A DNA stretch of 64,000 nt from Glaucostegus cemiculus (GCA_976551045.1 CDPCPM010000241.1:7626001-7690000), one strand, 5' to 3'. Shown: positions 24,640-37,599, numbered from the stretch's first letter. Notes: a model not told the origin generated them from the letters alone. Made by a program: numbers and translations.

Positions 24640-27600
24640 ACAAAGAGAAAACCAAACTCACTCACAAAGTCAGCCCCCTTCCATAGGGGGCCTCCCACTC
24701 TTCACCTGCCACGAACCCCACTACATCCCCCACCTGCCTCTGATCTCATATCCCACCCCCAGCCCCAACACCATTCTCTACCCTGCTCCCTCCCCTCTCT
24801 CCTCTGACCCCCTTCCCCCAGTATTCCCCCTGAGACCTCTCTCCCATTGCCCCTCTCTGATCTCACCTCTCACCCTAGCTCCAAACCCTGCTGTGTCTTC
24901 ACCAGTCCTCCCCACCTCCACCCCATCAACTACCCCTCCCTGACACTGAGCAGTCTGTCCTCAGCAGAGGTCTCGCCACCTCACCCCTGTGCCTGTACCT
25001 GCAAATCAACAAGCTCTGGGCCTGACTTGATGTTGAGCTCTTCTTCCATCACCTCCACCTCTGTGCCTATTTCTTTGGCAAGGGAGTCCTCATCCCCACA
25101 CAGATGACCCTTTCTTGCCTCTCCAGCGCTCTCCTTCATGGACACCCTCCTCTGGCCATTTACCCTTACTTGAACTTTTCATTTCCAGTTGCTGATGTGA
25201 CATCAACCATGTTGACTCGTCCAGTCCCCTCACCCACCCCAACCTAGCCCACTCTGAATGTGCAGCAATCCACTTCGTGTCAACCCCAACCCCGTCATCA
25301 AATTCACAGACAAGGGCTTTGCCACTGTTGTCTGGTGGACTGACTGCTACCTTGCAGAGGCCAGGCAACCATTCTCAGACATGTCATACCTCTCTCAGAC
25401 CATGACCCTAACAATGAACACCAAGCTACTGTCTTCCAGACCGTTACAGAGCTCATCACAACTGGAGGAGTCCCCTCCATAGTCTGAAGGTACCCCAACC
25501 GCATATTGTCTGCTTCTATCTCTTACCCAAGATCCTGGTAGACCCATGGTTTCTGCCTACTCTTGCCCTCTAAACGTATCTCTTCATACCTTAACTGTAT
25601 CCTGTCTCCCTTTGTCCAGTCCCTTCCCACCAATATCTGGGACATCTCTCATGCGCTCCACCATTTAGAGAACTTCCAACTCCCGAGCCCCCTCTGCCAC
25701 ATCTTCACCGTGGACATCCAGTCTTTAGACACTGCCACACCCCATCAGAAGGGTCTCAGGCCCCTCTGCTTCTTTCTGGAACAACAAAATTTCCACTTCA
25801 CTAACAATTTCAACTGCCTGGCAGAACTTATTCTCACCTTTGACAACTTCTCTTTTGATTCCTCCCACTTTCTACGAGTCAAAGATGCAGCCATGGGCAC
25901 TCGGTGGGACCTAGCTGCGCATGTCTTTTTGTTGGCCGTATGAAAGAGTCCTTGTTCCAAACCTACCCTGGTATCCTTCCCCAATTCTTCCTCTGCTATA
26001 TCGATGTCTGCATTGGTGCTGCTTCTTGGACCTGTGTGGGGCTTGTCAATTTTACCACATTATATCACCAACTTCCACTCTGCCCTTAAATTCACTTGGA
26101 CCACTTCTGACACTTCTCTCTGTTGTGACTGTGAACTGAGTCACCAGAGACACAGAAGCTGGTTGATATAAATGGTCTTTATTCATCACGACAAGCAGGC
26201 ATTATCCTGTCTCCCGAACTCAAAGTACATCATGTTTTTCTACTCTTAAGAACAAAGGTAACAGCAGGTGATTCGATACAGTTCTAATAGCTACAATGGC
26301 ATTGTTTACTTCAATATTTTGAGTCTCTCAGTGCTTCCATTGAGTTGCATATCCATAATGGGAGACATCTCTGAATGTTCGACCACCTCTGCTGGGACAA
26401 AGTAATTCACGTGGCTGGTCTAAGACAGAGAACTCAGACACCCAAGGTTACTGTTGTGAGGGTTGATTCTCTGAGTACACAAACATCCCAATTATTGAGA
26501 GAGCAAATATGCCTGTGACCATGTTTGATGTGCTGGGTGTCAAAATCAGTCTGGTCTGGAAGCTTCCTTGATCTCAGTCACAATGGTGCAAAATAACTTA
26601 GCCAGTGTTGCTTGGTTTGATGTGGGCCAACTAACTTACCTCCACTGTCTTATGTTTGGCTCATGCATACGAGAACATCTCACAATCACATCACATCACT
26701 TTTCAAACCATATCTCTTGAGCAGCCAGCCCCCTGCTATGGGCCAGTTTGTTTAGAGTCATGGAGCCATACAGCACAGAAACAGGCTCTTTGCTCAACTC
26801 GTCCATGCCGACTGTGTTGCCCAGTGAATTTACAAAGCTGTCCTTTCACTTTGCTGTCACTCCTTTGCCCTCCCCTCCCCCCCAGTACAGACCAGAGATA
26901 GAGTTCCTTTGCCAGCTGCAATGGGACCACCCTGCCTGTCACATCTTCTTCCCTCTCTGCTTTACACAGTGACCACTCTCTCCTTCACTACCTGGTCACT
27001 CACGCCCATCCCTCCCCATACCCTGGCAGTTTTCCTCGCAACTGTAAGAGGTACAACATCTGTCCTTGCACCACCACCCTCACCACCATCCAGGAACCTA
27101 AACAGCCCTTCCAGGTGAGGCAGAGATTCACATGCACCTCCTCCAGCCTCATCTATTGCATTGATGTTGTTGATGCGGACTCCTTTACAACGGCGAAATC
27201 AAGCGTAGACCAGATGACCGTCTCACAGAGCACCTGTATTCTATCCACAACAGCCATCTTGAACTTCTGGTTGCATTGTCACTTCACCTCCCCTCCTCAT
27301 TCCCACACTGACCTGTCTGTCCTCTGCCTTTTCCACTACCACGGTGAGCCAAGCACAAACTAGAAGAACAGGACTCCGCATTCCACTTGGGTAGTCTACA
27401 ACCCAATGGTGCAAGTATTGAATTTTCCATTTTCAGGTACCCACTCCCCCACGTACCTTTCCCACACCTACCTAGTACACCTAGATTCTCTTTCCCTTTG
27501 TTCACCTATCCCATCTCCATCTGCCCACATAACTACCCAGCTGGGCTTCTTCTACCCTAGCCCACCTTTCTTATTGTCTCCTCCTTCTGGTTGCATCTGC

Positions 27601-27905
27601 CCGTCATCCCTCCCTTATCTGGTTCCGCAGATCACCTTTCAGCCTCTGTCTCTGCCCTTGCTTCTCCCCTCCCCCACCTGGCTCCACCTGCCCATTTATA
27701 CCCCACCTCACCTGCTTCCATCTTTTACCTATCAGCCCCTGTCTCAACCCTCTATACTGGATATCTTCCCTCTACACTCTCAGTCCTGATGCAGGGTCAC
27801 AACCCAAAATGTTGACCATACTTTTGCCTCCACAGATGCTGCTTGACCCACTGATCTCCTTTGTTTCTGGCCCCAGATTCTAGCATCTGCAGTCTCTTGT
27901 GTCCC
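24640..27905 (+). mobile_element. Decayed Penelope-like element (RT + GIY-YIG), interrupted at about 26121-26830
   Basis: VIKFTDKGFATVVW (IKPADKG motif), ELILTFDNFSFDSSHF..AMGTR/MGPSCACLF, YIDV at the YxDD position, QRFTCTSSSLIYCI (GIY-YIG region). Terminal repeat with hammerhead relic at 27781. Confidence 0.85.
26121..26740 (-). mobile_element. Possible solo LTR inserted into the Penelope element
   Basis: Abrupt break of the Penelope RT at ...gacacttctctc|TGTTG; AATAAA on the minus strand near 26180. Right boundary uncertain. Confidence 0.35.
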
Positions 27906-29137
27906 CTTTCTCAGTCAGATCAGGTGATGGAACTTTACATCCATTTAGTTAATGTAAAATGTTGTAACAAAATTATCATCAGAGAATGTCAGAGAGCATC
28001 ACATTTCTGCTAAGCGAAAATTATTTCTCTGCTTAAATAGGGACAATTATCTTGTTTTAACCATTGATAATGTGAATTGAGCTCAAAAAGATTACTGATA
28101 CCTTTTAAAATATATTAATTATACATTAAGAAGATATTTTTTTTAAATTTTTCTCCATTAACCTTAAGAAGGTCACCAGCTCAATTGGCATAAAATTTGA
28201 AATATACAGGTATATATATTTGTCCTCAGAATGTGGGTGTTGTTAGCAAAGTCACATTTTATTGGTTTCCTTATAAAGGTGGTACTATCAACCTTCTTGA
28301 GATATGTAATAGGTTGACACAGCAGCAGAAGTTAATTGCAACAGTAATGGCATTGACTTTTGGTTCCTTGTGCGTTGGCTCTAAGGTGGCAATAAACTGG
28401 TTGCCAAGATTCAGGACTTATAGGTGAAGTGTCAGGAAATCCAGGTTTTCCCTGTTTTTTTTCTTATTGGGCTTAGCCGTCTTAATGTTAGTAATCTAGG
28501 AATGTGTGGGGGGCATTTCACTTGACCAGTAGTCTCTGCTGTCCTGGAACCAGCATGAAATGGATTTTATTCTTTGGCCACACAGGATACATCTTGTATC
28601 TGCCACCTTCAAAGACAGAGCCAAATGGCTCTAACTATTTGGGAATGGTGATATTCTCTGGACTGTTTCCTCAGCAATGCTTGTGATGGTGGGCCATGAA
28701 GCCCTCCAGAAGTCCTATCTTACTTTCAGGGAAGAGTTGGGTACTATCCAGTAAGTGGACAAACAGGTGAGTAGCAATTCTTTGCTGTTGCCATTTGTGA
28801 ATCAGAGGTCTGGGCTGTGCTGTTAATGGGCGGAGAAGAAGGTGCCTGCTCTTCGACATCAAAGATGAGGAGATCATTAGCGACCAAAACCCAGTTCTCT
28901 AGTTCTTCAATTGCTCTGTTTAACTTTTGGTAGGGTCACATGTAGTGGTAGCTGTTACATTTGACAATCTGGATGGCGAAATGTTTAGCTGGTGATAAGG
29001 TAATGTTCATGGTTCCAGCAGAGACTTATAAGTGTACTCAGTGGTCAGCTTCCACAGCTAAATGCTGCCTGTGGGTGGAGACAAGGCCCCTTAAGTCCAC
29101 TCCAGTTGGTTCATGTTGCCCAATTGACCATACACTG

Positions 29138-30510
29138 CATAGAACCATGCAGCACAGGAATGGCCCTTCATCTCATCAAATCAGTGCCAACCATGATGCC
29201 AGTCTAACTAATCCCATCTGCCTGCACATGGTCTGTATCACTCTGTTCTCTGCCTGTTTGCGTGTCTGTCTAAATGCCTCAAATGTTGCACTTGTATCTG
29301 CTTTTCCTACCTCCCCTAGCAGAGCATTCAAAGCACATACCACTCTGTGTAAAAGGAAGAACTTGCCTTGCACATCTCCTTTAAACATTTCCCTCTCACC
29401 TTAAACATTTTGGCATTTCCATCCTGCAAAAAAGTCTGACTACCTTATCTATGCCCCTCATAATTTGAGATACTTCTATCAGGTCACCCCTCAGCCTCTG
29501 ACAGTCCAGAGAAAATAATCCAAGATTGTCTAACCTCTCTTTATAGTTAATACTCTTCAATCCAGGCAACATCCTGGTGAATCCCTTCTGCATCCTCTCC
29601 AAAGCCTCCACATTCTTCCTATAATGGGGCGACCAGAACTGAAAGCAACCTCCTGATGTGACCTAACCAATGTTTTATGCAGTTACAGCATGACTTCTCA
29701 ACTTTTATACTCAGTGTCCTGAATGGTGAAGGCAAGTATACCGTATGCTTTCTTTACCACTCTATCCACTTGTATTGCCACTTTCAGGGAGCTATGCATG
29801 TTAATGTTCCTAAGGGTCCTGCCATTACTATATACTTTCCTCTTGCATTTGACCTCCCAAAAACTGCACCACCTCATACTTGTCAAGACTAAACTCCTCC
29901 TGCCATGTCTCTGCCCAAATTGCCACCTGATCTATATCCTGCTGTATCCTTTGACAGCCTCCATCATTATCCATAACTCCACTAATTTTTGTGTCATCTT
30001 CAGACTTACTAATCAGATTGCCTACATTTTCAACCAGATCATTTTAGTCATAAAAACACCCCTCCACCATCACCCTCTGTCTTCTATGACCAAGCCAATC
30101 TTTTATCCAACTAACCAACTCACCATGGATCCCATATGACTTAATCTTCTGGGCCAGTCCACCGTGTAAAATGCTTTAACCAAAGTCCATCTGGACAACA
30201 TCCACAACCCTATCCTCGTCACCTCTTCAAAAACTCAATCATATTTCTGAGACAGGACCTCCCCTCCACAAAACTATGTTTACTATCCCTAATAAATCCA
30301 TGTTTTTCCAAATGCGAGGAAATCCTGTCCCTAAGAATGTTCTCCCTACCACTGATGTAAAGTGAATATAAAGGTCTCTGTGCAGGTCCCAGCAACATCC
30401 TCCTTTGTCTCCCTTGGTATCCTGGGATATATCTGGTCAGGCCCTGGGGACTTAACCACCTTAATGTTTTTCAAGACACCTATCACCTCTTCCTTCATAA
30501 CATTGCCACG
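29138..30510 (-). mobile_element. Decayed CR1 ORF2 3' fragment
   Basis: ALERMQKGFTRMLPGL..YKERLDNLGLFSL..RLRGDLIEV, VVKKAYGILAFT; internal deletions. Confidence 0.85.
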
Positions 30511-30899
30511 CCCCTAGATGTGTGGCTTTTGGTCGGTTAACTGTCCACTGTAAATGTGTGGGTGAGTGGTGGAATCTGGGAGAATTTACAGAGGGATTAA
30601 TGTAGGATTAGTATAAATGAGTGGTCAGTGTGGACTCGGTGGACCAAAGGGCCTGTTTCCGGGCTGTATCTCACTGTGAGTCTCTGACACTTACTGTCCG
30701 CCCCAAGATAAGTAACTGCTCAGAGTTGACTCCAGCAGGGGGTCGGGGATGACACATGGGTCAGACCAGGCAGGGAATCTCACCAGGCGAATAAGGTGGG
30801 TTTCTGCACCAATCAAATGGGGGCATGGTCACCATTCCCGGGTCTAGCTCTTTTTAGAAAAAGTATAAAAAGGTCCACATTTATTTTTTTTAACTTAAA

Positions 30900-32620
30900 T
30901 TCCCCAGCGGGTGAGATTCGAGCTCGTGACACTGGGTCAATGGTCCAGAACTCCGACTCCTCACCTTCCCGTGTAACAGCCGGATTAACGCCCCTCCCAT
31001 TACTCCGCTCGTTTTGCAAATTCTCTTAAAGAACATTGTTGGTATTTGAGGTCAGATTTTCACCGGAGTGTGGTGCATGAAATGCACTCTGAAAGATCGT
31101 TAGCTCATTAGTCCCCCTGTTCGCTTCGGTGAGTGCAGCGGCCAGCTTCGCAGGAGGGGTTGTTCTGACGGTCAAACTAGTGCAGGCTGCGGGCTCGGCT
31201 GCCAACAGTCCGCCTTTCGTGGCTCTGCACGGTCTGGGTTCTCTGGAGACGGCGCTTAACTTTATTTTTGGGAGGGAGGCTGTTCACTTCCTTTATCGTG
31301 CGCTTCCCACAATCCAGCACCGTGTTTGTGTCTCCTCCAGCGGGCAGATCTGCGATTTCAGATGGAAGCGACGACCCCCGACAGCGAACTCTTCTGCTGA
31401 TTCCTTTGTTGGACTGTTTTGGCTGAGCAACGAACCGTGTGCTTCTCACTGATGTACATCACTGTGGACAGCCAGTCACTCTCGGAAGGTGACGGCACCG
31501 TCACAGCGAAGAACTAATCGAAGCTATAACTGTAAGCTGTTTTGATTAAGCACAGGCTCCACGTAGCTATTTCAACTGCATGTTGAAAGCACTAGAACCC
31601 GAGAAAAGAGGAAGAGAGAACAGATCTGAGTTAATTGCATGTTTTCAGATTTTTTTTTTGCCTGAAGGAAGATAAATACTCCCGCAATTAAATATATGTT
31701 TTAAAGAATATTCCTTCTCTTGAGACATTTCTTTGGAAGCCGGTCTGCCTGCTGCAGCTGTCTGTAATGTGCGCTTTCCGCCAGTCGCTGTAGCCCGGAG
31801 CTGAGCTATGACCCCCGTGTCAGCTAAGGCAGAAGCGGAAAGCTTTCCCGTGCCATTTTGAGAAGTTCCAGGGGGTTTGATACTCTGTGATCCGCAGCTT
31901 TTTTTATATATATTGAAGAGCAGAGCCTGGAAGAGGTAACGATCCGATCGGAACTTCTGGGTGATTTAAATCAAGCTTAAAATCTAACTCCTGCTTCCAA
32001 GTTGGATGACTGACGTCGCACTGTAAGTACCTATGATGTTTACCATATGTCTTATTGATTTCACATTTAGAAAACAGCTCCACCGATTTTAGGAACTTGC
32101 TCTGTTGTTGAAGGCCGGACACATTATAGGGTCACGGTTTCTGTCATTCAACGGGCACAAGGTGGGATAAAGATAGATGTAAACAGAAACTGGAAATGCT
32201 GAAAAACTGAACTTAACAAACAAAAATCGAATTGTTCAGAACTTTACGGAAGAACTTTGCAGGTGAGGTTCTTCATCCAGTTTCCAGAATACTTTTGCAA
32301 TTTTTGGTCGGTTTCCTTTTGTGAAGACCAAGCTTTGAAAGGGCAGCCTCTCAGAGCCCGCACTCGGCCACTCCTTCACCCTCCGTGGTCTCACTCACTG
32401 CCCGCAGGTTATCTGAATGTGCAAGGCAATGCACTTGGACTCTTACCAGCCGCGACTGTTGCCTGAAGATCAGAAGCCATAACCTACCATGTCCAGGATG
32501 GTAGAATCCACCCCAGGCTCACCCCTCGAGCCAAACTCCGGATCTTCTGATGTGCCGAGCTCGGTTACACGCTATCTTTAACCTGCGGATCTGTCGGGGG
32601 TATAGACAGAGCACTTTCTC
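30900..32620 (+). promoter_or_regulatory. CpG-enriched region: likely STON1 promoter / non-coding first exon(s)
   Basis: The only extended non-repeat CpG-rich stretch in a CpG-depleted window. It lies about 11 kb upstream of the STON1 ATG exon, which starts at a splice acceptor. Candidate donors gtgagt at 31129 and gtaagc at 31532. Confidence 0.6.
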
Positions 32621-34043
32621 TTTAAAATGAGGAAAGGATTGCTGTCAGCTGGCGTGTAATAAATGTTAGGCTCTTACTGTCGCAGTACAATAGCAGAATT
32701 TAGTTTTCGTCAAATGTAGTTTAGGGGGCGTTCTGAATAACCCCAGAATGTGATTAAAGTTATAGAGCCGTACGGTGCAGAAAGAGGCTCTTCAGCCTAC
32801 CCTGAACACGCTTACCATCAAGTACTAATCCCATTCACCAGCGTTTGGTAAATCCCACTGCTGAATAACTACTGAACAACATAGGAGGTCGCTAACTGCA
32901 AATCGTTTCTTCGATCATTTTTATTGCAATAAAAATTAACTTGAACAGTGTCACCTCCCGTGATATATTGCTCCCTTGTGTGTCCCCAAGACACGGAATG
33001 GACCCAGTCAGTAACATTGCCTGATGGAGAAAAGGTCTGAGAAACTGTTCGGAGAAGGGAATCTTGTTGCCATTGTGCGAACATTGGCATTTCCTGTCCC
33101 ATTCATGAACCTGATATTGCACATGATTCTAATCAAATAACAGAGAGGTTTTCATTAGGCAATGGTGTTAATAGTTACAGAGACCTGAGAACACTAACCA
33201 TATTGTTTTGACAGAGGGAAGAATAAAAACATTTCTGTGGGTGTGATATTGAAGCTAAAGTCAAGGATGGCTCTATAGTTTGAATGCCATGTCTGAGGCC
33301 CAAGCTGTAATTATCTTAAACATCTCTGTCTGTAATGGCGTTAGAGGCGGCAGTCACAGCAGAGGCAGAAGTTATAATTGAGTACAAAACACGAAAGAAT
33401 GTTAATGTCAGGTACAGGACACTTGGAAAATGCCTCTTGCCTGTAATGAGCTGATTTTAGCCGAAGCAGTGATTATTCAGTGCCCTCTGGATTAGGGAGT
33501 GGGTAACCAGCCAACCTGATCACTGGTTGTTGACAAGTCCCCACTGTGCGCTTATGACCACATCCACAGCACCAATAGATGAGTGACATGACTGTGGACT
33601 GACATTGCTGAAGTACAGGGTGCAGAGTCTCTTCATTTCGAATTAAATGGTTGACTTGCTCTCACTGGAGAAAATCAAAGCGTTTGGTGTGTAACTGGTA
33701 TCCATGTGGGCACAAATGTTCAAACCAACAACTTGATACTTCTTGATACTTAACACTACCAGTTCAGATGAAGTGTCTCGACTTCCATTTCCCTCCACAG
33801 ATGCTGTCTGACTTGCAGATTGTTTTTTGCTCCAGATTCCAGCATCTGCAGTCTCTTGTGTCTCCAACTTGATACTTCTCTTTTACTCCCTTTGTTAGTC
33901 TGATTGCTCTAATTCTGTCTTTCTTCCTTTGTGCCTGTCTTTTTTTTCTCATTATTTTATATGGGTAAATAGTAATTTGCTTGCAGCTGTTACTGCTGGG
34001 GTGATAGCAATAGTTTCTCATTGACTTTCAAGGCCTAGTTCTA

Positions 34044-34322
34044 GGTGGCACGGTTGTGTAGTGGTTAGCGTAACACTATTACAGTGCCAGTGACCTGGGT
34101 TCAATTCCCCCCACTGTCTGTAAGGAGTTTGTACGTTCTCCCCATGCCTGTGTGGGTTTCTTCCCACATTCCAAAGATGTACAGATTAGGAGCTGTGGTC
34201 GTGCTATGTTGGCGCCAGAAGAGTGGCGACACTTGCGGGCTGCCCTCAGCACACTCAGTAACACAAAAAGACGCAATTCACTGTGTGTTTTGATGTACAT
34301 GTGACTAATAAATAAATCTCTT
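34044..34322 (+). mobile_element. tRNA-derived SINE with alternative 3' tail
   Basis: A-box gtgtagtggttag, B-box ggttcaattccc, partial V-domain; flanked by ctagttc repeats (34035 and 34328). Confidence 0.75.
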
Positions 34323-35647
34323 AATATCTAGTTCAGCAGGTACTTTAAACCCATTCCCTGTCTTTGCAAATGTATATTGTCTCAGTCGGTCTTCTAAACA
34401 GTCTGAAATATCTTTTGAATTTTGTTAAGAGTTTTAGCATGACCTGAATAGCAAAGGTACAATGTTTTAACTGTTCAATGTGCAAAAAACAAACTGCTGG
34501 AGCAACTCAGTGGGTCAGGGAGTATCCGCGGAGGCAGGGGGATAGTCAACATTTTGGGTCGACACCCTGCGTTACGACACTGTGTCTCCATGTTCCAAAC
34601 AGTGATGGTTCATTGTAAATATTTTTAACCAAGTTGTTTGCATTGAGAAATCCTGGGTTTTTACCCCATCCTTTTAACTTTTCAAAGTTTTAAATCCCTC
34701 CCACGATTTCCCAATCTGCATAATTGAAAAGCAAGAACTGCAGATCCTGAAAATTTGAAATAAAAACAGAAATGCTAGATTCACTTCTCTTAACCTAATC
34801 CATGTAGTTAAGTTTCATAGAAGTGTTCTTTGTATTTTTACAGTAAAAGGGAGATTAAGGGCTTGGAAATGAATATACTCAAACTGTCTAGACTGTAATA
34901 GTCTGGATGGTGAGATAATGAGTTGGTTAGCTGCCCTGTTCAGCAGTACATCAGTTTTTATAAAGTTTACTGGTTTTATTCAAGCAGCAAAATTAAAGCT
35001 GTCTTTAATATATGTTTACATCATTTGGTAAATTTAGAAGCAAGTGCTGTTTCCTGGGTGGTATCTTATTCTCTTCTGTGGTGCTTATTGAACTGAATAA
35101 TGTCAACCATGGGGGATCATTTTTTACCCAGTATCAACAGTGACTGTTCACAGACCAAGCATTGCATCAGCTCAAAGGGGCTGAATATCCGAATATGTAT
35201 AGAGCTTCACTGACTCTTGTGTAAACCCAACAGATACACTTTCAAGTCCATTTGTTGTTATTTCACTGGATGGAAAATTGTGGGTAGGCCTGTGTGAATT
35301 CCCAAAATACTTCGCTGGTGGTGGAGGCTCCCTGTCAGTGATGCACATTTATATAAATGTCTGTAAAAATTCCTGAACCTCTCCCCACACAGTTTGCCTT
35401 AAGTGCAGCCTAAGTAGAGCAGCCAGTTCTGAAACTTTACCCTGCTTTTTCTTTGTGGTCTCTTCTATGACCTCACCACTAGGATCATGAGCTACTTGGA
35501 TGAGATTATCCAAGCTCATTTATCAAGAGAGAAAGCAGTTACCCATCCATCAATTTAGATCCCAAAGGTGTTGGAATATGGTATTAGTTCAGTGGATAAC
35601 TATCTCATTTGTGTGCATATTTTCAGCATATCTCTATGCTGGAGAAC

Positions 35648-35846
35648 TTGTACTCCTTGGAGACACAAGAGAGACTGCAGATGCTGGAAATCTGGAGCAA
35701 TAAACACAAAATGCTGGAGGAACTCAGTGGGTTAGGCAGCAACTATGATCTCGGCCCTAAGCATCCACTGTTTATTTCCCTCCATAGATGCTGCCTAACC
35801 CGTTGAGTTCCTCCAGCATTTTGTGTTTGTTGTACTCCTTGGAGAC
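35648..35846. mobile_element. Penelope-derived fold-back element with 17-bp flanking direct repeat
   Basis: About 40-bp near-perfect inverted arms; ttgtactccttggagac at 35648-35664 and 35830-35846. Confidence 0.75.
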
Positions 35847-36689
35847 TTGCGTGTTCTGCATAGATCAGTTTGTAGCCAGAGAGAGAAAAACAGGAAAGCG
35901 TTTGACTCATTATCATTCTGAAACCAGAGGAATCATTTTAACAGCAGGGACAAGAATCAAAGATGCTACAAGCTAGCATTAAAGCAAAATTGTTAGATGC
36001 AGAAATCTAAAATATAAACAGAAATTGAGCTGGTTGGACAATATCGGTGAACAAAGTTGAGGATCTTCATCAGAATTGTAACTAGGGAGATTTTTCATCC
36101 AGAATGTTAAGATTATTATTCACTTCCTCTCCTTGATATTTCTGTGCTGAAAGTTGAAATTTGACATTAAAGGGAGCTGTTGCTAATTTAATTAGCTGCA
36201 AACAGGTGAGAGTAAAGTTTCCATTAATCTGCAAGGAAGGGTCCAACTTGCTCTATCATGAGGTAATGTGACATGGGTTTACATCTGTAATATTGGGGCT
36301 GATTTTCTGTTGATGTAATATCACTAGACGCCTCTCCTGACCACAATGACTCCACCTTGCACCCAGCACTTTGGCATGACCTAGAGCAGCAGAGGGGTTG
36401 AGTCAGCTCAGGCAGCTGGATGCACTCAGACGACAGCTTTGACTGCCAGTCAGACCCAAGCTCCTGCCTCCCCAGCTGTCAAGCCTGTCACTGCTCTCAG
36501 AGCCATTGAACATTTGTGAATGTCAAGACATTTGCAAACTTTAAATAGTTGGAATCTGTTAAAAAGTAGCATTAAAAGTTTAAAATGATAAATATTTTAA
36601 AACATTTAACACGCTTAAAAATCACATGTGCATACAAAAGCAATTTAGAATAATTGATGATGGTAAGTAAGTAATAAGTAGCAACTTAG

Positions 36690-37045
36690 AATGGCACAGG
36701 GGAGCAGGTTGTGGAGGCTCTGCCTCGCAGTGCTGGAAACCCAGGTTCAATTCTGATCTCTGGTGCTGTCCATGTGGAGTTTGCATGATCTCCCTGTGAC
36801 CATGTGAGTTTCCCCTGGGTGCTCTAGTTTCCCCCCACATTCCAAAGACATGCAGATTTGTAGGTTAATTGACCACTGTAAATTGCCCCTGCTTTGTAGG
36901 GGAGTAGTAATGATGATAATGTGGGGAGAATAAAAAATAGGACTAATGTAGGGTAATGTAGGTTAATGTAGGCGTGCTTGATGGTCAGCATGGAATCAGT
37001 GGGCTGAAGGGTCTGTTTCTGTGCTGTATGTGTCCATGACTCTAC
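36690..37045 (+). mobile_element. Older HE1-like V-SINE
   Basis: caggttcaattctga B-box, gagtttcccctgggtgctctagtttcccccca V-domain, CR1-like tail gggctgaagggtctgtttctgtgctgtatg. Confidence 0.75.
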
Positions 37046-37599
37046 TTACCTTTCTTCCAAGATCCAATCTTTCCTGTTCATTTTAATGAGATCAATTAAA
37101 CTGCACATTCTTCACAGACTGCGAACTAGGAAATCCATGGAAGTTCACACTTCCCATGAACTCCATGAGAAGTCTGTCAGTGCAGCACCGGGGCAGCCAA
37201 CAGCCCAGGTGGCAGGGCGGAAGTGGCTGCTACTAGGTTAGGACTTGCCTGCACTGGAAACCAGAATTTCCACAGGGATATGTGGCAAGTCCTGTGGATG
37301 TGGTTATGGAAGTTCTAGGTCACTGTTGATGGTCAGTTCCTAGAATATTGGTTCACTAGAAATGCGGAAAATCTCGAGAGCAGTTACTTCTGGAACTCAC
37401 TCATACATTTCCTGCTAATTGATTGCAGACAGTGCTGGAAGAGCTCTGCCTCCTAGCCCTTGAACTGGACGGTGAAATGCAGTTAGGGTTCAAAGTGAAA
37501 TAAATAATTATCCATGGTAAAACAACCCAATATTTCATTTAATATCTAAAACAAGAACGTCAGATTATGAATTAAAATCGAAACATTTTTAATTGATAG

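Noticed and set aside
31129-31452. ORFs in the CpG-rich region
   Set aside because: Non-ATG or unsupported starts, no recognisable domain; expected in GC-richer DNA.
34044-34115. tRNA gene
   Set aside because: The A/B boxes belong to a SINE head; no cloverleaf, and it continues into the SINE body.
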